A stretch of 64,000 bases of DNA from Nanobdellota archaeon (GTDB taxonomy: Archaea; Nanobdellota; Nanobdellia; Pacearchaeales; GW2011-AR1), in NCBI GenBank assembly GCA_030648155.1, contig JAUSIK010000002.1:17205-81204 (forward strand), written 5' to 3'. A model generated the notes under the pieces. That model did no database searches, was not told the origin of the DNA, and saw nothing but the letters and a program-made list of their open reading frames with translations. How positions within the stretch are numbered: position 1 is the first letter of the stretch; every line of letters starts with the position of its first letter. The translations under genes were made by a program, and so were the position numbers. Positions 24,601 through 30,776 of the stretch are shown here, piece after piece.

Positions 24601-24905
24601 GTTTTGAATTGATCACAGACAAAAATGTAGGTTTTAATATTGGAAGAGGACTTTTCCAAAGGATCAAACAAGAGAAAGGAGAACATTATGCAGAATCATA
24701 TGCAAGAAAACTTTCCCAAACCTATTACATTTTAGCGAGAAAAAAAGATGATTTTGCTGAAGTAAATGCGGAAAATTTTTGGTTTGAAACTCTTGCTCCA
24801 GAAGAAAATGGCGATCAAGTTCGAGATCCTTCTGAAACCAGAAGTATTATCAAAGTAAGATCAAGAGCAAGAAGAAAAGGAGGAAGAGCTAAAAAGGTAG
24901 TTTAA
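21612..24905 (+). CDS. SNF2-family ATPase fused to C-terminal class-I SAM-methyltransferase-like domain
   Basis: 1097 aa. Motif I DGCGTGKT (22428-22451), motif II DEAHHIKS (22788-22811), motif III LLTGSPISNN, motifs V/VI ETGGESLDF...DKDYNPKTEEQAVARIARKGQ. The C-terminal region (~24200-24620) carries IISEGSGPS, DRD and EAHRILKPNGLIGL, typical of Methyltransf_11/25-like folds. No NPPY/DPPY motif was seen. Confidence 0.85.
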   Translation: MRTTFDDLLSEEIRNGQQDLRKYLKKGQSSLYLTLEDARKNGVDEKVIQNAEEKGMITGDLYLTYEGAKRIYDKLKADLTQNESEIIDHFDHIRDADLIANYIFCVHPEVRERVGNTDGLYKVVLNVGTKKKRIQPVREKSEKEDSGGLSSHLEELIGNIPREEYKGDKEYQRRLRILLVKKAERDIFPQFKENREKAFDFVRKKIKEEKNKNIKDIYQEIQKTYKAYDNIRVLGVNEEFRDPETGEKGVLPSLHQNIAIYHLLKEKKFGVFDGCGTGKTAIATLAQPLIQEAMEEDGREFKRTVIVCPNNGKKAWKKGFLGNIDQRYLDLDRVKEEDVIVINGGRKDESFLKELEDKKWIVVNYEQLITRTDDGRLFVDALIDLGVDYSIFDEAHHIKSQRTLTKSGKPTCSAAAQKLAHSSEYLCLLTGSPISNNMDDFAVLYHVLNPNHCPEPKKFIELYEENPRILYTFFNEKSIRRTSQDINKNLKIDEKNVDLSIDPIQRQIYEHIVEFRAKDWLMQARKALLDPRLVDPSILQSLGVLGKLNFDNSVKYKKLEELLGEEKGPISKKENFIIYSSIFREGVTQKGHEKIREKYARMGLTKEYQRLQLDHPLNEVLEERLSKKFKRHVKIGVIDGTIIDIEEREKIVDRLGKDLDGIICTTETGGESLDFTQANWAYFVDKDYNPKTEEQAVARIARKGQHKKVNISHLMILGTLEEQLENYVEKKIIINRTAMDGHPLTQPEIEILEDTEGKKFVELIRKGLGGKSINTFEVEAKDLGDFELNKRRYISRKSSAFYVPGDETTDAQVLMQWIGRDPIGCWKDPTFVDLYMKTLPNLSVPVVHRAKILDLASRALNGSIQFPKTIISEGSGPSLLYSNYQNLGPLLESFGLNIPTIFDRDTSALMLKQGKNNNKILGDMTGKNSKVPTSSFQMVDNASISLLKNTSEVKESLLEAHRILKPNGLIGLTVEGKKFFDGSLKGKDFYTGLEGLGFELITDKNVGFNIGRGLFQRIKQEKGEHYAESYARKLSQTYYILARKKDDFAEVNAENFWFETLAPEENGDQVRDPSETRSIIKVRSRARRKGGRAKKVV

Positions 24906-24910
24906 ACAAA

Positions 24911-25582
24911 ATGAAAAACAAACCAAGAGGATATTGGCAAGATATTAATAATGTATTTTCAGAGACACAAAAATTTTTAGAAAAACATCCGGAATATGAA
25001 ACAATTCCAGGCCATGATGCCCTTATTAAATTAGGATATAGCAATTTGAGTCATGCAATTAATAGATATCACGGAGGTTTCTACAAGTTCAGAGTCAGAA
25101 TAGGAGGTAAAGCAAGATATAATTATGGTAGTTGGAAAAATTTAGAATTCACATTAAATGAAGCGAAAAGATGTATTCAAGAATTGGAAGTTTCCACGCT
25201 TCCAAATAGTTTAGAATTATTAAAACTTGGATACTCTCACTTAGCACACAGTATTCAAAGATATCACGGCGGTATTAGAAATATAAGGGAAAAATTAGGA
25301 GAAAGTCAAAAAATAAGAAAACATGGATTATGGAAAGACATTGAATATACTATTCAAGAAACAATATCTTTCTTTAGCAAACACCCAGAGTTTACTACTC
25401 TTCCATCTGCCGATAAGCTAAAAAGTCTTGGACATGGATACTTGGCCTCGGCAATTTGTCGTAATCATGGAGGTATGGACAAATTTAGGAATATACTCTC
25501 ACAACATCAAGGTGTTCTAACTCAAAAAGAAAGATTAGAAAATTTATTACAAAATTATGTTGGGAAAGAAAATGAAGAATAA
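24911..25582 (+). CDS. YHGG-repeat protein P1 (3 repeat units)
   Basis: Starts 5 nt after the SNF2 stop. Three ~65-aa units, e.g. RGYWQDINNVFSETQKFLEKHPEYETIPGHDALIKLGYSNLSHAINRYHGGFYKFRVRIG. Tail is ERLENLLQNYVGKENEE. Confidence 0.8.
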   Translation: MKNKPRGYWQDINNVFSETQKFLEKHPEYETIPGHDALIKLGYSNLSHAINRYHGGFYKFRVRIGGKARYNYGSWKNLEFTLNEAKRCIQELEVSTLPNSLELLKLGYSHLAHSIQRYHGGIRNIREKLGESQKIRKHGLWKDIEYTIQETISFFSKHPEFTTLPSADKLKSLGHGYLASAICRNHGGMDKFRNILSQHQGVLTQKERLENLLQNYVGKENEE

Positions 25583-27269
25583 AACTCAATCCATAAATCT
25601 CGAAAAAATTTTACAGGCATATGCTAATGGCACTACTCCAGATGGTCTTGAAATAGATAATACCATAAGAAAACCCATGGGCTATTGGAGAGATTTTCAA
25701 CATGTAAAAACTACCTTAGAAGAGCTAGAAAAAATATTAGGGCATTTCCCAAATCAGCGAGAGATGTCTGAAAAAGGGTATACAAGTTTACCTAGTGCAT
25801 TAAATAAGTATCATGGGGGACTTAATAAGGTAGCAGAAAGCTTGGGAAAATTAACACAACAACGAGCGAGAGGGTATTGGAAACCGAGTTTAGTAAAAAG
25901 TCTCTGTCAAAATTTCGCTGAAGAATATGGTCATTTTCCTTCCAATAAAGAGCTTCATAATAGAGATGATAAATATAAGGGACTGATGTCCGGAATCAAT
26001 AAATATGGAGGAATAGGGAGGATAAAGCGACTTCTTAAAATAGAGCCTGGTAAAAAACCAAATGATTATTGGAGTGAAGCCAGAGTTTTAACTGAAGCAA
26101 GGAAAATTGTTAGGAAGCTTGGAACTTTACCAACGCAAAAACAGCTCATAAATTTAGGATATAGTAATTTCGTAGGCGCTGTTGCAAATTACTCCAGTTT
26201 TATAGAAATTCGGAGGACATTGGGACTAGAACTTAATAAAGTTGAAGATGGATATTGGACAGAGAAAAAAATACTTTCAGAGTGCAAAAAACTTGTCGAA
26301 AGATTAGGTGATTTACCTACAAAAGACGGTCTCCAGGATTTAAAACTCGGTGCACTTGCAGGTCAAATTGAGAAGCAGGGAGGATATCCTTATTTTCGAG
26401 AAAAATTAGGATTAACATTAAGGAAGAGACAAAATCGTTATTGGAGTAAAGATAACACCTATGCAAAGGCCCGTGAACTTTATGAAAAGTTTGGAACATT
26501 ACCTTCGTGGAATAAATTAGAAGAAATGCAATTAGGGACTTTACCGAATGCTGCAAGGGAACATTTTGGAGGGTTAGTTAAATTAAGAAATCTTCTTCAA
26601 GAAGAATTTGGAGATGTTCAAGAAGATCCATTAAAAGATATGAAATATTTGCAGGAGGAAATAAAAAAAGTTCAAGAGAAACATAAACTCAAAAAATTTC
26701 CAGGATATCAAACTCTCAATAGACTTGGATATAGTCAAATTATTTCTGCAATCAAACGCTATCACGGTGGTTCTAACAATGTTCGAGAAGGAGCAGGAGA
26801 AAAAGCAGTATCTCCTAACGGAACCTGGCAAGATCCAAAATTCGTTTTGAGCGAGGCTAAAAAATTAATGAAGAAACATGGTTGGAAATCTTGGCCTGCT
26901 GAGGGAATTCTTAGAAAATATAAGTATACTATGATACCAAATGCTATTCGAGCATGTTATGGAAGTATCGCTCAGTTTAGAGTGGAATTAGGAGAAGAAC
27001 CTCTGAGAACAGTTCCAGGAAAATGGAAAGACTTGGAATACACTTTAACAGAAGCAAGAAAAGCAATGGAAGAGATAGGATACACAGAACTTCCTCCACA
27101 AAAAGTTCTTGCAAATCATGGGTATCAAGGATTATCTGCAGCGATTTCCATTTATTATGGCGGGTTTCCAGCTTTCCGTGATATACTCAATCAACATTTA
27201 GGTAATGCAACAAAGAAAGTACAGCTTGAAGGTTTGTTAAGGGACTATGTAAGGAGGAAAAATGCTTAA
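25572..27269 (+). CDS. YHGG-repeat protein P2 (8 repeat units)
   Basis: ATG 25572 (MKNKTQS) is preferred over track start 25557 because the same GAAAATGAAGAATAA junction starts P4. Head is INLEKILQAYANGT; eight units follow, some degenerate. Tail is QLEGLLRDYVRRKNA. Confidence 0.75.
   Translation: MKNKTQSINLEKILQAYANGTTPDGLEIDNTIRKPMGYWRDFQHVKTTLEELEKILGHFPNQREMSEKGYTSLPSALNKYHGGLNKVAESLGKLTQQRARGYWKPSLVKSLCQNFAEEYGHFPSNKELHNRDDKYKGLMSGINKYGGIGRIKRLLKIEPGKKPNDYWSEARVLTEARKIVRKLGTLPTQKQLINLGYSNFVGAVANYSSFIEIRRTLGLELNKVEDGYWTEKKILSECKKLVERLGDLPTKDGLQDLKLGALAGQIEKQGGYPYFREKLGLTLRKRQNRYWSKDNTYAKARELYEKFGTLPSWNKLEEMQLGTLPNAAREHFGGLVKLRNLLQEEFGDVQEDPLKDMKYLQEEIKKVQEKHKLKKFPGYQTLNRLGYSQIISAIKRYHGGSNNVREGAGEKAVSPNGTWQDPKFVLSEAKKLMKKHGWKSWPAEGILRKYKYTMIPNAIRACYGSIAQFRVELGEEPLRTVPGKWKDLEYTLTEARKAMEEIGYTELPPQKVLANHGYQGLSAAISIYYGGFPAFRDILNQHLGNATKKVQLEGLLRDYVRRKNA
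27177..27240 (+). repeat. 64-nt tract identical to 29369-29432
   Basis: cgtgatatactcaatcaacatttaggtaatgcaacaaagaaagtacagcttgaaggtttgttaa is present at the 3' ends of both P2 and P4. Confidence 0.9.
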
Positions 27270-28407
27270 ACAAAAACTAAGGCTTGAAAAACTTTTAACT
27301 TCCTATGTAGATGGAACTTCTTTTGATACTGAAGAATTTTGGAGAAGACCTAGGGGATATTGGCAAAACGAAAAAAATGTAATTCAAGAAGCTAAGAGAA
27401 TTATGAAAGATCTAAAAGTGAAAAATCTTCCTTCTTTTATAGAGCTTTCTCGTTTAGGTTTTAGAGGCCTTGCTAATGCAATTCAAAGATATTACGGCTT
27501 TACCAATTTTAGAATGAGATTAGGTGAAAAAAGTCAAAGATGTGAATGGGGGCTTTGGAAAGATGAAAATTATGCCGTACAGCAGGCACTCGATTTTATG
27601 AAAAAAAATAAATTTAATATTCTACCCAGTGGCCAGGTGCTTTGTAGATATGGTAGGTCTGACCTTTCTAGTGTCATATCAAAATATCACGGAGGCTTTT
27701 ATAAGTTTAGAGCAAAATTAGGTGAACCTAAAAAAATAAGAGAGATGGGTGTATGGAAGAGTTTAAAATATACTAAAGATCAAGCTCGCGAGATTCTTCA
27801 GAAACATCAACTGAAAAAATTACCAGGAGGATCCCAACTTAACGAAATGGGATATTCAAGTTTCGTTGTTTCAGTAAATAAATATCACGGAGGTCTTCCA
27901 AGAATAAGGAGATTGTTAGGAGAGAAACCAGAACATAGTTATGGGATAATGAAGAATATTGAATATTGTCTAAAGCAAGCAAGGCGATTGATACAAAAAG
28001 AAGGTTTGAAGAGGTTACCTAGTCGAAAAGGGCTTGCCAAGCTAGGATATTCTTCTCTATCCTCGGCGATTTCTCTCTACCATGGTGGTTTCTTTAATTT
28101 CAGGAAACTTTTAGGAGAAGATCCAATAGTGGAAGCTCGCGATTCATGGAAGAGTTTGGAGTTTACTTTAGAAAAAGCAAAGGAGTTTTTAGAGGAAAAT
28201 CTAGAATATGAAACGCTTCCAGGGGATTGGACTCTACGCAGCCTTGGATATAATTCATTAAGGCAGTCCATACATAAATATCATGGTGGATTTAATGTTT
28301 TCAGAAAAAGATTTAATAGATATGTAAGATTACAACCTCTATCAAAGAAAGGAGAACATCTCACTTCATTATTGGAAGATTATGTAGAAGGAGAAAATGA
28401 AGAATAA
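27262..28407 (+). CDS. YHGG-repeat protein P3 (5 repeat units)
   Basis: 8-nt overlap with P2 (AAAAATGCTTAA), with AGGAGG 4 nt upstream of the ATG. Colinear paralog of P5. Tail is HLTSLLEDYVEGENEE. Confidence 0.8.
   Translation: MLKQKLRLEKLLTSYVDGTSFDTEEFWRRPRGYWQNEKNVIQEAKRIMKDLKVKNLPSFIELSRLGFRGLANAIQRYYGFTNFRMRLGEKSQRCEWGLWKDENYAVQQALDFMKKNKFNILPSGQVLCRYGRSDLSSVISKYHGGFYKFRAKLGEPKKIREMGVWKSLKYTKDQAREILQKHQLKKLPGGSQLNEMGYSSFVVSVNKYHGGLPRIRRLLGEKPEHSYGIMKNIEYCLKQARRLIQKEGLKRLPSRKGLAKLGYSSLSSAISLYHGGFFNFRKLLGEDPIVEARDSWKSLEFTLEKAKEFLEENLEYETLPGDWTLRSLGYNSLRQSIHKYHGGFNVFRKRFNRYVRLQPLSKKGEHLTSLLEDYVEGENEE
27748..27930 (+). repeat. ~180-nt tract ~93% identical to 29877-30059
   Basis: Encodes GVWKSLKYTKDQAREILQKHQLKKLPGGSQL(N/S)EMGYSSFVVSVNKYHGGLPRIRRLLGEK in both P3 and P5. 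Confidence 0.85.
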
Positions 28408-29461
28408 AAGACCTTTTGGATATTGGAAAAATCGAGAAAATATAATTAAGGAGCTGAAAAGAGTTATAAGAAAGATTAATCATTTTCCAAGTGGCCATAA
28501 TTTAAGAAAATTAGGAGAATACGCCCTTGTCCAAGGTCTTAGGAAATATCATAATGAAAGTCTAAACTATTTCAGGGTAGAAATGGGGTATGAAACTGTC
28601 GAGATGAAACCATCTGGCTATTGGAAAAGTCTAGACAATGCTTTATACGAAACTAGAAAGTTCATGAGAAGATACAATTATAAAACTCTGCCCAATCAAG
28701 AAGAACTTAAAAATTTAGGATTTTCAAGCCTTGTAAATTCAATTCATCAATATCACGGAGGGTTCAGAAAGTTTAGAAAAGAGATGGGCCAACCTTCTGA
28801 TATAAAACCTAAAGGATATTGGAATAATTGGAAAAATGCAGAGAAAGTCTTAAAAAGATTAATTAGAGAAACAGGAAATTTTCCAACACAAAAAGTGTTA
28901 CAAAATCTCAAATATAGCTCCTTAGCAAATGCCATTACTAACGTTCATGGTGGCACTAATAATGTTAGAAAAAGACTTGGTTATGAAGTTGTTAAAAGAA
29001 ATAATGGGGTACTAAAGAATATTGATGTTGTAAAAAAAGAAATATATAGGATAATAAAAGAACATCCCGAGCTTAGAGGAAATTTTCCAACTACAAATTG
29101 GATGAAGGACAATGGTCAAGGATCATTATACATTGCTATCCAAAAATATCACGGAGGCTATAAGAATTTTCTTGAATTAATGGGCTTCGAACAGAAACAA
29201 GTTGAGAGCGGGAAATGGAAAGATTTGGAATTTACTATTAAAAGATATATTAAGATTATGAATGAACATAAGTTTACCGATTTTCCAGGAGCTTTTACGC
29301 TCAATAAAATAGGAGAATCTTCCCTTGGAGCGGCGATTTGTAAATATCACGGAGGTTTTCCAGTATTTCGTGATATACTCAATCAACATTTAGGTAATGC
29401 AACAAAGAAAGTACAGCTTGAAGGTTTGTTAAATAGTTATGTAGGGGGAAAAAATGATTAA
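28397..29461 (+). CDS. YHGG-repeat protein P4 (5 repeat units)
   Basis: 11-nt overlap with P3 (GAAAATGAAGAATAA). Tail is QLEGLLNSYVGGKND. Confidence 0.8.
   Translation: MKNKRPFGYWKNRENIIKELKRVIRKINHFPSGHNLRKLGEYALVQGLRKYHNESLNYFRVEMGYETVEMKPSGYWKSLDNALYETRKFMRRYNYKTLPNQEELKNLGFSSLVNSIHQYHGGFRKFRKEMGQPSDIKPKGYWNNWKNAEKVLKRLIRETGNFPTQKVLQNLKYSSLANAITNVHGGTNNVRKRLGYEVVKRNNGVLKNIDVVKKEIYRIIKEHPELRGNFPTTNWMKDNGQGSLYIAIQKYHGGYKNFLELMGFEQKQVESGKWKDLEFTIKRYIKIMNEHKFTDFPGAFTLNKIGESSLGAAICKYHGGFPVFRDILNQHLGNATKKVQLEGLLNSYVGGKND
29369..29432 (+). repeat. 64-nt tract identical to 27177-27240
   Basis: See 27177-27240. Confidence 0.9.
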
Positions 29462-30731
29462 ATATAAAAAGAGGCCAAATGGTTACTGGAAAAAAGAAAA
29501 AAATGCAATCCAAGAAGCCAAGAAAATTATGAGAAAATTAAAAGTAAGAAGGCTTCCTTCCCAAACAGAACTTAATAACTTAGGTTTTTCATATTTTGTC
29601 GCTGCTGTTTCTCAGCATCACGGAGGTTTTACTGATTTTAGGATAAAATTAGGCCAAAAACCAAAGAGAAATAAATATGGGCTTTGGAAAGATGAGAACT
29701 ATACCTTAACACAAGCACGATCTTTTCTAGAAGATCATGAACTTAATAGCTTACCTAGCCAACAGGAGTTAGGTAGGTATGGAAGATCAGATCTCTCTAC
29801 AGCAATTGCTCTCTATCACGGAGGCTTTAGAAGATTTAGGGCAAAGCTCGGCCAATCTCAAAGACAAAAAGAACATGGTGTATGGAAGAGTTTGAAATAT
29901 ACTAAAGATCAGGCTCGCGAGATTCTTCAGAAACATCAACTGAAAAAATTACCAGGAGGATCTCAACTTAGCGAAATGGGATACTCTAGTTTCGTTGTTT
30001 CAGTAAATAAATACCATGGAGGTCTTCCAAGAATAAGGCGTCTCTTAGGCGAAAAATCAGGACGTAATGCCCCTGGAACATGGAGAAACATAAAATATTG
30101 TTTACAACAAGCTAGAAGGTTAACAAGAAAACATAATTTAGAAAAACTACCATGTCATGAGGATCTTACGATGTTAGGATATCCCAGTCTTGCAGGAGCA
30201 ATTGAAAAATATCACGGAGGATATCATGTTTTTAGGAGTCTTTTAGGGGAAGAAGAAAATAGAAGGAAAACTGGACTTTTAGAAGATAGAGATTATGTTA
30301 TACAACAACTTAAAAAATTAATGAAAGAACATGGGATAGGCACTATACCTAGTGCATATCAACTCCGAAAATGGGGCCATACCAGTCTAGCAGCAGCAGT
30401 ACATAATCACCATGGAGGTTTTAATGCTTTAAGAGAGTCTCTAGGAGAAAGACCAAGAAAAGAAGCTGATGGTGCTTGGAAAAGTTTAGACTTTACTTTG
30501 GAAAAAGCAAAAGAATTTTTACAAGAACATTCAGTATATGGGACACTTCCAGGTGGCTGGACCCTACATCGACTTGGTTATAATAGTTTAATTAGAGCTA
30601 TCCAAAAATATCACGGAGGATTCAATTATTTTAGAGAAAAATTTAATGAATATATGGGAATTAAATCTCAATCAAGAAGAGAACACCTCACTTCATTATT
30701 GGAAGATTATATTGGTGAAGAAAATAATTAA
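29454..30731 (+). CDS. YHGG-repeat protein P5 (6 repeat units)
   Basis: 8-nt overlap with P4 (AAAAATGATTAA). Equals the P3 architecture plus one extra unit. Tail is HLTSLLEDYIGEENN. Confidence 0.8.
   Translation: MIKYKKRPNGYWKKEKNAIQEAKKIMRKLKVRRLPSQTELNNLGFSYFVAAVSQHHGGFTDFRIKLGQKPKRNKYGLWKDENYTLTQARSFLEDHELNSLPSQQELGRYGRSDLSTAIALYHGGFRRFRAKLGQSQRQKEHGVWKSLKYTKDQAREILQKHQLKKLPGGSQLSEMGYSSFVVSVNKYHGGLPRIRRLLGEKSGRNAPGTWRNIKYCLQQARRLTRKHNLEKLPCHEDLTMLGYPSLAGAIEKYHGGYHVFRSLLGEEENRRKTGLLEDRDYVIQQLKKLMKEHGIGTIPSAYQLRKWGHTSLAAAVHNHHGGFNALRESLGERPRKEADGAWKSLDFTLEKAKEFLQEHSVYGTLPGGWTLHRLGYNSLIRAIQKYHGGFNYFREKFNEYMGIKSQSRREHLTSLLEDYIGEENN
29877..30059 (+). repeat. ~180-nt tract ~93% identical to 27748-27930
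   Basis: See 27748-27930. Confidence 0.85.
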
Positions 30732-30776
30732 AACACGGGTAAGTAACCATATTAAAAAATATTATTCAAATACAGA

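Noticed and set aside
24911-30731. P1-P5 as one giant gene broken by frameshifts (pseudogene chain or programmed +1 frameshifting)
   Set aside because: Every segment has its own ATG preceded by a purine-rich ribosome-binding-like tract. Two junction sequences are each conserved twice, and each protein ends with a complete tail motif. This fits separate, coupled cistrons better. Read-through is not excluded, and I list it as a refutation test.
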